DNA of 64,000 nt from an uncultured Erysipelotrichaceae bacterium (GCA_900317295.1 ONGB01000005.1:340-64339), one strand, 5' to 3'; counted from the stretch's first letter, positions 30,612 through 39,639 are shown. Translations and numbers: made by a program. The notes: generated by a model from the sequence alone, not told the origin.

Positions 30612-30669
30612 AATATGAACACTCGTTCATGTTTCGACATTATTATATGAACGGTTATTCATATTTCAA
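30612..30669 (-). promoter_or_regulatory. promoter with two ArsR-type operator palindromes
   Basis: Minus strand: TTGAAA (30664-30669), 16 nt, TATAAT (30642-30647). IR2 ATATGAA-N6-TTCATAT (30645-30664) lies between the hexamers. IR1 ATGAAC-ACTC-GTTCAT (30615-30630) lies next to the RBS. Confidence 0.6.
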
Positions 30670-30681
30670 GCAAAATAATAA

Positions 30682-31188
30682 TCAGAGATCCAAAGACGTG
30701 ATCAAAGCGTCGTCATAGGCGTTCCTTAGCTCGATGACGCCTTCTTTTATGAGCGCGTACCCGGGCCCGTCATCGCGGGGCAGGGCGATGGAACCTGGAT
30801 TTAGATGAATGATGCCTTGAAAGGAATAAAGCTCTTTCCTGTGGGTATGCCCGTTCACCAACACGGACCCCGGCGGGAAGCTTAGGTAACTGGGATGATG
30901 GGACAAATGGAATTCGTGACCCGAAAAAGATAAGCGCCTAAGCTCGGGCAACGGGAACCCCAATTGATTGGCGTCCCAACGGAAGTCGCAATTGCCCTCC
31001 ACCGCCAAAACGGGAATGCCGATCTCCTTTAGGCCGCGGACGCAATACTCTTCATCGACGTCGTATCCGCCGTGGAGGATGTCGCCCAAAAGCAAAAGGC
31101 AATCCGGCTGGTGTTTTTTCACCAAGCCCTGGATGCGCTCCATGCCGCGCTTGGAGCCGTGCAGATCGCTAACCACGAGGTAGAGCAT
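30682..31188 (-). CDS. YfcE/MJ0936-family metallophosphoesterase
   Basis: 168 aa with motifs VVSDLHG, GDILHGG, GNCD, GHTH. Confidence 0.85.
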   Translation of the reverse strand: MLYLVVSDLHGSKRGMERIQGLVKKHQPDCLLLLGDILHGGYDVDEEYCVRGLKEIGIPVLAVEGNCDFRWDANQLGFPLPELRRLSFSGHEFHLSHHPSYLSFPPGSVLVNGHTHRKELYSFQGIIHLNPGSIALPRDDGPGYALIKEGVIELRNAYDDALITSLDL

Positions 31189-31347
31189 GTTTCGATTTTG
31201 CCACCGAAACCCATTTTTTCAATGCGGTGATACAAAAATTTTTTGAACTTTTTTCTTTGATGGCGTCTAGAAAATTTGGAAACCCGCAAAAATTGTTCGC
31301 CAAATTTGCTCCTTGCTGGGTATAGGAAGGGTGAAAGGCAAAAAACC

Positions 31348-32484
31348 ATGATCGCCCACAAAGTTCTCCTCTACCCCAACCAAGAAGCAGAGGCATTCCT
31401 TCAGAAACAATTCGAGTATGCCCGGCGGGACTATAACCGCCAATTGGAGACCATCGTGCGCGGCATCCAAAGCGGGAAGGTGGACTTATTTAACCTAAAG
31501 AAATGGATGGATGCGGTATACGCTCAGGCAAAGAAGGCGCCGGATTTCTATGACGGGGAAAGCTACCACTACCCCGATATCATTGGGTGGAACAAAAAGC
31601 GGGTTCAAGCGGCGGCCGAGGATTATTTGGCCAACCCATTAAACAAACCGAAATACCTAAAGCATTCAAGATATCGGAAGATCTTCCGTTTGACCTCCGC
31701 TCCGTTGGACGCGCAACGCTTTTCAGTCAGCGAAGACCACCACCTTTTGCTGGGAGGCATGCATCGCATCAAGATGGCGGAGCCCCTGCGCTTCCAAACC
31801 CGCCCCATCGCCTGCGAGATCAGCTTGCGGAACGGTCGTTATTACGCCTCCTTCCTTTTCGCGGAAAACCTTAAACCCTATTTATTGACCGGCAAAACCG
31901 CCGGGGTCACCGTCGGAAGCGCGAGCCTAGTGGCCGTGGCCGATAGCGACGGGAAGAAGGTTCGTTTCGCTTTGGACGCTAAAAAGAGAACCAGAATACA
32001 TAAACGGATCCGTCATTTGGAAAAGATGCTTTCTCATAAGGAAATCGGGTCAGCCCAATACGAGAAAACAAGGGCAAAACTCATGCGGGCAAAGCGAAAA
32101 GAGGAAGACATCATCCGGAATTTCGTTGAGCAGACTAGCCACACGCTCGTCAAAGCCTATGATCGCATCGGAATCGACGATGCCTCTACGCAAATCCGAT
32201 TGATTCAGCACGCCTATGCGAAACCCTATTTGCAAGAACCCTTTTCCGCTTTGTCCAACCGATTGCAAAGCAAGGCGAAATCCCACGGAAAGACGGTCGT
32301 GAAAGTCAAAGACAGACGATCGTCCGCACCCATATGTTCTCAATGCGGGGAGAGAAATAGGAAAACGAAAGGTCTCTCCAACCGCAGATGGGCTTGCCCT
32401 CATTGCGGGGCGGTCCATGATAGCGACCTCGAAGGCGCTGAGAGATTGTGTAAGGAGGCCCTAAAACAAGAAAGACGTATTTAG
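31348..32484 (+). CDS. TnpB-like (IS605 OrfB / Cas12-ancestor family) protein; RuvC-I Asp apparently replaced
   Basis: Start set at MIAHKVLLYPNQEAEAFLQKQFEYARRDYN, a typical TnpB N-terminus. C-terminal Zn finger CSQCG...CPHCG followed by HDSDLEGAERL. The expected GxDxG strand reads AGVTVGSASLVAVADSDG. Confidence 0.75.
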   Translation: MIAHKVLLYPNQEAEAFLQKQFEYARRDYNRQLETIVRGIQSGKVDLFNLKKWMDAVYAQAKKAPDFYDGESYHYPDIIGWNKKRVQAAAEDYLANPLNKPKYLKHSRYRKIFRLTSAPLDAQRFSVSEDHHLLLGGMHRIKMAEPLRFQTRPIACEISLRNGRYYASFLFAENLKPYLLTGKTAGVTVGSASLVAVADSDGKKVRFALDAKKRTRIHKRIRHLEKMLSHKEIGSAQYEKTRAKLMRAKRKEEDIIRNFVEQTSHTLVKAYDRIGIDDASTQIRLIQHAYAKPYLQEPFSALSNRLQSKAKSHGKTVVKVKDRRSSAPICSQCGERNRKTKGLSNRRWACPHCGAVHDSDLEGAERLCKEALKQERRI

Positions 32485-32662
32485 AAAGACTTGCCAAGAA
32501 AGATTCCGGGCGGGGAACGCCCATTTGAGAACGCACGAGGGGCCCACCCAGACCCCGATTACCGCGTTGAGGCTAAGCCTAGGCCATTGTCCACCGGCTG
32601 ATGCGATGCCATTCCAGTCATATTTTCCATACAAAAAGGGGCGAATCCTCTATAATGCCCCC

Positions 32663-33262
32663 ATGACCATCCAACATTTCGAAGAACTGCTCGACTGCTT
32701 CGACTACACCGTGCGCAATTGGTTGCGCTTCGATGCCAACGAAGGACAACGGAACGACGCCATCACCATCTGCGCCGCTTCTGCTTTCCTATTTGATAAC
32801 CTCTTCGCCAAGAAAAACGAAGGGGCGGCCTTAACCGCCGCGGCGGCGAAAGAATTCTCCTCTTCGGACGCCTTTGATCCGAAGGCCTTGCCGGCGATGG
32901 CGACGAAGATGCGCCTAGCGATGTCTGGCGACGATTTTGAGATGGGAAAATCGCCGTTGCGCGATTATCTCCGTTGGATCTCGCCCACCGAGCCTTCCGT
33001 CATGACCGCCTATGCCGATTACGAAGGAAAGCTCGCCCTCCAAACCGCAGAAGAAATCACCAATCTCCTCCTGCAGGAAAACGACGCGCACGAATCCCCG
33101 ATGCATGTCGCGGAACTGGTGTTCCTGAACGTCTTCCAGTTATTTGATTCGTTCTACAAAGAGTTCTACGGAGTCGCGGGATTCCGGGAAAAGAAATCCC
33201 ATGCCTGCTTCGCTTCCGTCATTGAATCGATGGAGAACATCCGAAAAACGATCGCCGATTAA
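32663..33262 (+). CDS. hypothetical protein
   Basis: Start set at ATG 32663 (MTIQHFEELLDC), 6 nt after a TATAAT at 32651-32656. No recognisable family. Confidence 0.5.
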   Translation: MTIQHFEELLDCFDYTVRNWLRFDANEGQRNDAITICAASAFLFDNLFAKKNEGAALTAAAAKEFSSSDAFDPKALPAMATKMRLAMSGDDFEMGKSPLRDYLRWISPTEPSVMTAYADYEGKLALQTAEEITNLLLQENDAHESPMHVAELVFLNVFQLFDSFYKEFYGVAGFREKKSHACFASVIESMENIRKTIAD

Positions 33263-33265
33263 TAG

Positions 33266-33297
33266 AAAAACGAGCCCCTTGCTGGAGGCTCGTTTTC
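33266..33297. terminator. bidirectional rho-independent terminator
   Basis: AAAAACGAGCC-CCTTGCTGGA-GGCTCGTTTTC, between the convergent 32663 gene and nusG. Confidence 0.7.
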
Positions 33298-33304
33298 TTT
33301 TGCA

Positions 33305-33880
33305 TTAGATGCGCTCGATTTCGGAGAATTCGACGTCGACCGGGGTGCTGCGCCCGAAGAAGATCGTCTCAACGCGGCAGGCGCCGGTCTCTTTGTCGAT
33401 GGAGATGATGGTGCCTTCGGTGCCTTCGAGCGGACCATGGATGATCTTAACGGCGTCGCCGACGTTATAGCGTTCATACATGCTCTCTTCGATGAGGTTC
33501 ATCCTCTTGAGGACGGGCTCGATTTGCTCTCTCGGGACCGGAGCGGGCTTTTGTCCGCCGCCGGAGGAACCGACGATGCCAGTGACGCCCGGGGTGTTAC
33601 GGACGATATACCAGGATTCATCGGTCATGATCATCTCGACGAAGAAGTAGCCGGGATAGTAGTTCTCGGTTTTGGTCTTGCCAGTGGGTTCGCCGTCTTT
33701 GAGGACGGGGACTTCATGCTCGGCGACCAGGACGCGAAGGATCAGGTCCTTCATGTTCATGGAGTCGATACGGCGGATCAGGTTCTCGGCCGTTTTCGCT
33801 TCGTGTTTGGAATAGGTGGTGACGATGTACCACGCTTTGTCGCCTAATTTGGCGGCTTTGTTTTCTTCAGCCATGTTCAA
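33305..33880 (-). CDS. nusG: transcription termination/antitermination factor NusG
   Basis: 191 aa with NGN (WYIVTTYSKHE) and KOW (VGDAVKIIHGPLEGTEGTI) regions. Confidence 0.95.
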   Translation of the reverse strand: MNMAEENKAAKLGDKAWYIVTTYSKHEAKTAENLIRRIDSMNMKDLILRVLVAEHEVPVLKDGEPTGKTKTENYYPGYFFVEMIMTDESWYIVRNTPGVTGIVGSSGGGQKPAPVPREQIEPVLKRMNLIEESMYERYNVGDAVKIIHGPLEGTEGTIISIDKETGACRVETIFFGRSTPVDVEFSEIERI

Positions 33881-34072
33881 TTACCTCTGGAACGCATTTC
33901 TCAATTGGTTGATCAGCGAGGCGGCGGTCAAATCCTCCAAGGTGAGGAAGAGGGCCGCGAAGGCGCTGATGATGATGACGACGACGATGGCGGGGATGAG
34001 CTGATCGCGCTTCGGCCAGCGGATGCGCCGTCCTTCTTTAACGACTTCTTTGGTGTACTTTACTGGATTCAT
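33881..34072 (-). CDS. secE: preprotein translocase subunit SecE
   Basis: 63 aa with a single TM helix (LIPAIVVVIIISAFAALFLTL), in the conserved position before nusG. Confidence 0.9.
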   Translation of the reverse strand: MNPVKYTKEVVKEGRRIRWPKRDQLIPAIVVVIIISAFAALFLTLEDLTAASLINQLRNAFQR

Positions 34073-34081
34073 AGTACCTCC

Positions 34082-34231
34082 TTATTTGCTCTGCTTGTGG
34101 ACGGTGTGCTTTCCACAGTGCGGGCAGAATTTGCTGAGCTCAAGACGTTTGGGGTCTTCTTTGCGTTTCATCACGGTGTAGTTTCTGCTCAAGCATTCCG
34201 TGCAAATCAAAAAAACCTTTTCCCTACCCAT
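34082..34231 (-). CDS. rpmG: 50S ribosomal protein L33
   Basis: Own translation (below the ORF-track size cutoff): [49 protein letters not shown]. Confidence 0.9.
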   Translation of the reverse strand: MGREKVFLICTECLSRNYTVMKRKEDPKRLELSKFCPHCGKHTVHKQSK

Positions 34232-34255
34232 CTTTTATTCACTTTCAGCGTGGAA

Positions 34256-34284
34256 ATCATAGGCGCATAGGCGGGGGTTGTCAA
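34256..34284 (-). promoter_or_regulatory. candidate sigma-70 promoter for rpmG-secE-nusG
   Basis: Minus strand: TTGACA, 17 nt, TATGAT, about 25 nt upstream of the rpmG ATG. Confidence 0.5.
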
Positions 34285-34322
34285 TGCTTTCCACGAGGGT
34301 TTTCTTTCGTGGAATCGCATCG

Positions 34323-35165
34323 TTATTTGCTGGGATCGTTTTCCCCGCCAACGAGCCCCTTTTTCTTCCTTCTTTTTCTTTTCCACCGCCCCATCTTCCC
34401 AGCGTTTGCTTTCACCGAAGCGAGCCCCTTTAGATATGAGCGATCTAACCCCAATAGATCTTGGGCTTGAGAGGAAACCAAATAGGCTTGGACGTCTCGA
34501 ATGGCGTTTTTCACCCGATAGATCGTGCAGCGGAGCTTTTTGGCGATTCCCGTGACGGCAAGCCCCTCCATCCGGAGCTGGATGATCCTCGCCGTCCATG
34601 GGTCGAATTGTGGAGGCAGATGCAAAAGGAATTCCAGCTGTTCCGCGACCTCCACTTCTTCTTCCGGCGCGGGGAAGGAGGACGGAATGATGTCGCATAG
34701 GCAAGGTGTCTCCGGATCGTTAGGCACAGGATGACTCAGTGAAAGATACCCTTTGCTCCGGTTGAGGTAATCGTCTTTTCGAAGGAGATTCAGCAAGGCG
34801 TTTTGGAAAATCCGGTTGAAATAGGTGCGGAATTTGCATTTGCCGGGGACATAGCTATTCAAAGCCTTCATGAAACTGGTCAGAAAAAGGCTTTCGATGT
34901 CTTGGGGATCCATCTTGGCCACATGGGCGCGGCCGAGGGTCGCATACGCCAAGAAGACATCGTCCCCTTCATAGCGTTTGAAGAGGTCTCCCCAGTAGCG
35001 GCGGTCATGGAGGGCGCCGATCAGATGAAGGTCTTCGTCCGTCAGTTCCTCCAGTTTCAAATTGCCGGCCTTTTCCCGCTTTTTGATCAAGGCCAAGCGC
35101 TTATGCAAAAGTTCTTTGATCTGCGCCGGGGCATGAAAAATCCCGGCTCGTTTATCGGTAATCAT
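34323..35165 (-). CDS. sigma-70-family sigma factor (SigH-like by position), with a basic C-terminal tail
   Basis: 280 aa. Region-2-like DIESLFLTSFMKALNSY...FRTYFNRIFQNALLNLLRK. Region-4 HTH IIQLRMEGLAVTGIAKKLRCTIYRVKNAIR. Sits where B. subtilis has sigH, upstream of rpmG. Confidence 0.7.
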   Translation of the reverse strand: MITDKRAGIFHAPAQIKELLHKRLALIKKREKAGNLKLEELTDEDLHLIGALHDRRYWGDLFKRYEGDDVFLAYATLGRAHVAKMDPQDIESLFLTSFMKALNSYVPGKCKFRTYFNRIFQNALLNLLRKDDYLNRSKGYLSLSHPVPNDPETPCLCDIIPSSFPAPEEEVEVAEQLEFLLHLPPQFDPWTARIIQLRMEGLAVTGIAKKLRCTIYRVKNAIRDVQAYLVSSQAQDLLGLDRSYLKGLASVKANAGKMGRWKRKRRKKKGLVGGENDPSK

Positions 35166-35221
35166 TTTATTTAATGGCGAAAAAAGCGAATCTCGCTTTC
35201 CCCCTTTCTCAGTAATAAAAA

Positions 35222-35938
35222 TTAAAGCCTACGAAGTAGGTCGATCTGGGAAATGACGATCCCCGCCGAAACGGAGGCGTTGAGCGAATTCACGTGCCCG
35301 TGCATGGGGATTTTGACGATCTCGTCGCATTTGGATAAAACGGCATGGGAGATGCCGAAGCCTTCCGAGCCGATGACCAAAGCCATCGGACGGCGATAGT
35401 CGACCGATTCGACATTCTTCTCGGCGCTGCCTTCCGCCGCCACGATGCCATAGCCGGCATCCCGAAGTTCTGAAATCGCCTGATTGAGGCTCGGCACCAC
35501 GGCGACGTCGACATATTCGATCGCGCCGGTGCTGACGCGGGCGACCGTCGCATTCAAGGGGACCTCCCCTTTGCTTTTGACGATGAGCCCATCGACCCCA
35601 AAGGCATCGCAGACGCGCAAAACGGCGCCGAGGTTATGCGGATCTTGGATTCCGTCGAGGATCAAAACCAAAGGAAGGGGTTTGCCCTGGGCTTTGGCGA
35701 TGATGTCGTGGACGGAGCAAGGTTCCTTTTCGGCGCTGAGGGCCACGATTCCCTGATGTTTGTTGGCCCGGCTTAGAGTGTCCAACTCCTGTGCGCTTGC
35801 CAACTTGACAGGTATTCCTGCCTTTTTCGCTTCGACTACGAGGAAAGATTCCTCCTTGGAAGCGAGGTAATAAAGTTGAGAGACATTGCCAACTCTCAAA
35901 GATTCGCGAATGGAATTGATTGAGGTCAAAACGATCAT
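35222..35938 (-). CDS. rlmB: 23S rRNA 2'-O-methyltransferase, TrmH/SpoU family (RlmB-like)
   Basis: 238 aa with SpoU motifs (LILDGIQDPHNLGAVLR, LVIGSEGFGIS, IPMHGHVNSLNASVSAGI). Confidence 0.88.
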   Translation of the reverse strand: MIVLTSINSIRESLRVGNVSQLYYLASKEESFLVVEAKKAGIPVKLASAQELDTLSRANKHQGIVALSAEKEPCSVHDIIAKAQGKPLPLVLILDGIQDPHNLGAVLRVCDAFGVDGLIVKSKGEVPLNATVARVSTGAIEYVDVAVVPSLNQAISELRDAGYGIVAAEGSAEKNVESVDYRRPMALVIGSEGFGISHAVLSKCDEIVKIPMHGHVNSLNASVSAGIVISQIDLLRRL

Positions 35939-36041
35939 GCCGTTTTACCTCCCTTCGCCCAAAATCAGGGGCGATTTCGCATGGTTTTCTTTAGAAATAC
36001 CGGAAACATCATTCAGGGGGCGGCCGGATTTCGAAGCCATT

Positions 36042-37388
36042 TCAGAAGATCCCCCTTTCGGTCAAATACTGCCGAAGGGCGTCGCTCTTGACGAAATCCT
36101 TGGCGGCTTTGGCCTCCATATATTGGTCATAGATGACCTTGTCTTCTTCGGTCAAAGCGGGATAGGGCGCCTTGATGCCGAGGATAGAAAGCTCGTGGCG
36201 GATGCGGGCGAACAGAGACCCGAGCAAATCGATGTCGATTTCGCGGGTGCGAAGCGCTTGGTTGGCGGCCTTGAGGTCGGCATAAACCGCGGTCAAGGCA
36301 TTCGGGGTGTTCAAATCGTCGCATAGGGCATCGAAGAAATCGTCTTCCCCCGTGGGGGAGAGAAGCGAAAGGTCAACGTCGGCCAATTGAAGCTTCACGG
36401 CCAATTGTTTTTGGGTGGTGAGGATGCGTTGATAGTTTTTCACGGCTTCCCCGATCGTTTCCTCGGTGAAGCTTAACGGCGTGCGGTAATGGGTGTTGAG
36501 CACCATCAAACGCAAAGGCATGCCGCCGAATTTGGCGATGACGTCTTTGGCCAAAACCACATTGCCGAGGCTTTTGGACATCTTTTCGTTATCGATGTTG
36601 ATGAATCCGTTATGGATCCAATACTTGGCCAGCGCGTTCCCATTATGGGCATAGGACTGGGCGATTTCGTTCTCGTGATGCGGGAATTTCAAATCGAAAC
36701 CGCCGCCATGGATATCGATGTAACCGTTTTGCTCTTTGAAAAGCGAGTCGATCATGACGCAGCATTCGGTGTGCCAGCCGGGCCGCCCTTCGCTCCACGG
36801 GGTGTTCCAACGGATGCCTTCGCTGGTCTTCTTCCACAAAGCGAAATCCAAGGGGCTTTCTTTCTGCGAGTTGACCTCGATGCGCGCTCCGGAAATCAAG
36901 GATTCCGGCGTATTCCCGGAAAGCTGACCATAATTCGGCACGGAAGCGACGCGGAAATAGACATCCCCTTGGGATTCATAGGCCGCGCCTTTGTCAATGA
37001 GGTCTTGGATGTATTGAATCATCTGCCCCATGTAGACGGTGGGCTTTGGGGTATAGTCCGGTTGGAGGCTCCCCACTTCATCCACCAAGCGGCGGAATTC
37101 GGCGATGACGGATTCGGTCAATTCCTTCTCCGGAATGCCTAGTTCCTTCGCGCGGTTGATGATTTTGTCATCGACGTCGGTGTAATTGGAAACATAAGTC
37201 ACTTCATATCCCAAGGCGAGGAAAAGGCGACGCCACATATCGAAGACGATGACGGGGCGCATATTCCCGATGTGGGGATCGTTATAGACGGTAGGTCCGC
37301 AGACATAGATGGACACCTTGCCTTCTTGCAAAGGCTCGAAGGTCACCATTTCGTTGCCAAGGGAAGAAAATAAACGGACGGGTTTCAT
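36042..37388 (-). CDS. cysS: cysteine--tRNA ligase
   Basis: 448 aa with HIGN (DPHIGNMRP) and KMSKS (EKMSKSLGN) motifs. Confidence 0.96.
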   Translation of the reverse strand: MKPVRLFSSLGNEMVTFEPLQEGKVSIYVCGPTVYNDPHIGNMRPVIVFDMWRRLFLALGYEVTYVSNYTDVDDKIINRAKELGIPEKELTESVIAEFRRLVDEVGSLQPDYTPKPTVYMGQMIQYIQDLIDKGAAYESQGDVYFRVASVPNYGQLSGNTPESLISGARIEVNSQKESPLDFALWKKTSEGIRWNTPWSEGRPGWHTECCVMIDSLFKEQNGYIDIHGGGFDLKFPHHENEIAQSYAHNGNALAKYWIHNGFINIDNEKMSKSLGNVVLAKDVIAKFGGMPLRLMVLNTHYRTPLSFTEETIGEAVKNYQRILTTQKQLAVKLQLADVDLSLLSPTGEDDFFDALCDDLNTPNALTAVYADLKAANQALRTREIDIDLLGSLFARIRHELSILGIKAPYPALTEEDKVIYDQYMEAKAAKDFVKSDALRQYLTERGIF

Positions 37389-37440
37389 ATCCCGTCCATT
37401 TTACTATTGTTTCCCTCCCACAGGGAGGGCGACTTGCGTT

Positions 37441-38094
37441 TTATTTCAAAATGGTCAGCAAATCTTCCGGTTTTCGGAAAACATAGGCGCATCTGGCCAG
37501 GACTTCTTCGGTGTATTTCCCATACCCCCATAAGCAGATTCCGCAGGGGATATGCGCGTTCTCCGCGGTCTGCACATCGACGACGCTATCGCCGACATAG
37601 ACGCAATCCGCTGGCGAAATCGCATAGTTTTCGAAGATGCGCTGCACTTGGATGGGGTTTGGCTTCACCGGATCGCCTTCTTGGTGGCCCGCCACCGATT
37701 CGAATAGCCCTTCTGGAAAACACTTCGCGATGATGGCTTTGGCTAAGGCGTGCGGCTTATTGGAGGCGATAAACAAACGCATCCCCCGCTTCTTCAATGC
37801 TAAGAGGGTTTCGCTCATCCCTTCGAAGGGCGCGGTGGTGTTGCCTTGGTAGAGGCGGTATTTCGGCATATAGGCTTTCTTAAGCTGGAGGAAAGCCTCT
37901 TCGTCCTCACCTTTTTCTTTTAAGGCGCGGCGCACCAACATATCCGCCCCGTCGCCGATCAGGGTTTTGGTCCCTTCTAGATCGAAAGAATAGTCATAGC
38001 CGCATTCGCTTAACGCGCAATTGATCGCGTCGCGGATATCGGGGAGGGTGTGGAGCAAGGTACCGTCCAAATCGAAGATGATGGCCTTTTTCAT
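37441..38094 (-). CDS. HAD-superfamily hydrolase (phosphoglycolate phosphatase-like)
   Basis: 217 aa with motif I IIFDLDGTLLHT and motif IV VGDSVVD. Confidence 0.85.
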   Translation of the reverse strand: MKKAIIFDLDGTLLHTLPDIRDAINCALSECGYDYSFDLEGTKTLIGDGADMLVRRALKEKGEDEEAFLQLKKAYMPKYRLYQGNTTAPFEGMSETLLALKKRGMRLFIASNKPHALAKAIIAKCFPEGLFESVAGHQEGDPVKPNPIQVQRIFENYAISPADCVYVGDSVVDVQTAENAHIPCGICLWGYGKYTEEVLARCAYVFRKPEDLLTILK

Positions 38095-38152
38095 AACGCG
38101 GCTATTATAGCAAAAAACGCATGCATGCCCCTGCTATTTTCTAAAAGAAAAC

Positions 38153-38177
38153 CCCTCCGAAGAGGGGATTCTTGTTG
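38153..38177 (-). terminator. rho-independent terminator after rplQ
   Basis: Minus strand: CCCCTC-TTCG-GAGGGG followed by TTTTCTTTT. Confidence 0.75.
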
Positions 38178-38188
38178 CGTCTAGTCGC

Positions 38189-38590
38189 TTAGTCGACCCA
38201 CTTGACGAGGACGACTTCGGCGGAATCGCCGCGGCGCTGGCCGAGCTTGAGCGCGCGAGTGTAGCCGCCGTTGCGGGAAGCGAATTTCGGGCCGAGCTCG
38301 CTGAAGAGCTTGTCGAGGGCTTCCTTGCCGTTAGCATCGACGTAGCCGGTGCGGACGGTTTGGGCGGCCAAACGGCGGGCGTGCAGATCGCCGCGCTTGG
38401 CGAGGGTGATCAGGTGGTCGGCGAGGGACTTGAGTTCCTTGACGACGCCCGAGGTGACTTTGACTTCGCCACCGACGATGAGCTCGGAAACGACGTTCCG
38501 GAGCATCGATTTGTTCTTCGAGGCGGTGTATCCGGCCTTGAAGCGAACGCCGGCTTTGCCGTGGACGTTCTTTCTTCCTTGTGCTGCCAT
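38189..38590 (-). CDS. rplQ: 50S ribosomal protein L17
   Basis: 133 aa; LITLAKRGDLHARR and NGGYTRALKLGQRRGD are typical L17 blocks. Confidence 0.94.
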   Translation of the reverse strand: MAAQGRKNVHGKAGVRFKAGYTASKNKSMLRNVVSELIVGGEVKVTSGVVKELKSLADHLITLAKRGDLHARRLAAQTVRTGYVDANGKEALDKLFSELGPKFASRNGGYTRALKLGQRRGDSAEVVLVKWVD

Positions 38591-38593
38591 TGG

Positions 38594-39592
38594 TTATTCT
38601 CCTACGTAGTCGCGGAAGTGCAGGCCGATCTCGGCGAGCTTCTCCTTGACTTCTTTGAGCGATTTCTTGCCCAGGTTGCGGACCTTCATCATCTCGTCCT
38701 CGCTCTTTTGGGTGAGTTCCATGACGGTGGTGATGCCAAAGCGCTTGAGGCAGTTGTTGCTGCGGACGCTGAGGTCGAGCTCCTCGATGAGCATGCTCTG
38801 ATACTTGTTCTCCTCGGTCTTCTTCTCCTCTTTGAACATCTTGCCTTCAAGGGCGGAGTCGATGAGGGTGAACTTCTCAAGGTGCGTGATGAGCAATTGA
38901 GACGCGAGGGTGATGGCCTCGGCCGGCGTGTACGAGCCGTTGGTGGTCACCTCGAGGGTGAGCTCATCGAACTTGCTGTCATGGCCGACGCGGGTCGGTT
39001 CGACGGAGTAGGCGACTTTGGTCACGGGGCTGTAATTGGAGTCCGTGGAGATGACGCCGACGGTGTCGATCTTGTGCGCGATCTTGTTGGCTTCGGCGGT
39101 GACGTAGCCACGGCCTTTGCCGACGTAGATCGTCATCGCGAGGTGGCCTTCCGCGTTGAGGTGGGCGATCTCGAGGTCGCCGTTGACCACGCTGATGAGG
39201 GCCGGGCACACGAGGTCGGAGGCTTTGACGACGGTCGGGCCTTCGACATCGAGGGTGATGCGATGGATGTCGTTGGACTCGTCATCGATTTGGAGGACGA
39301 GGTCCTTGAGGTTGAGGATGATGCCGGTCACGTCTTCGTCGCAGCCGCGGATGGCGGTGAACTCATGACGGACGCCTTCGATTTGGACGGCATAGACGGC
39401 CGCGCCGGGGAGGGCGCTCAGCAAGACGCGGCGAAGCGCGTTGCCGAGGGTGATGCCAAAGCCACGCTCCAAGGGCTTGATGACGAATTTGCCATAGTGT
39501 TCCTTGGGATCGTCGATGACATTCACGACTTCGAAGGGCTCGAACGGGCTGGGGAGATTGGATTGAATTTCGGCGTTTTTAGCGGTTGCCAT
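38594..39592 (-). CDS. rpoA: DNA-directed RNA polymerase subunit alpha
   Basis: 332 aa; GNALRRVLLSALPGAA N-terminal domain and C-terminal domain (LSVRSNNCLKRFGITTV). Confidence 0.96.
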   Translation of the reverse strand: MATAKNAEIQSNLPSPFEPFEVVNVIDDPKEHYGKFVIKPLERGFGITLGNALRRVLLSALPGAAVYAVQIEGVRHEFTAIRGCDEDVTGIILNLKDLVLQIDDESNDIHRITLDVEGPTVVKASDLVCPALISVVNGDLEIAHLNAEGHLAMTIYVGKGRGYVTAEANKIAHKIDTVGVISTDSNYSPVTKVAYSVEPTRVGHDSKFDELTLEVTTNGSYTPAEAITLASQLLITHLEKFTLIDSALEGKMFKEEKKTEENKYQSMLIEELDLSVRSNNCLKRFGITTVMELTQKSEDEMMKVRNLGKKSLKEVKEKLAEIGLHFRDYVGE

Positions 39593-39639
39593 TTTTATTC
39601 CTCCTTTATGGTTAGAGCTATGTAGCGCGAAGCGCGGGA

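Noticed and set aside
34207-34704. 165-aa minus-strand ORF
   Set aside because: It overlaps the sigma-factor gene in another frame and runs across the rpmG promoter region. Its composition is Arg/Gly/Ser-rich noise.
37389-37440. Possible T-box leader upstream of cysS
   Set aside because: Only 52 nt separate cysS from the upstream HAD gene. That is far too short for a T-box, and no specifier or T-box sequence is seen.
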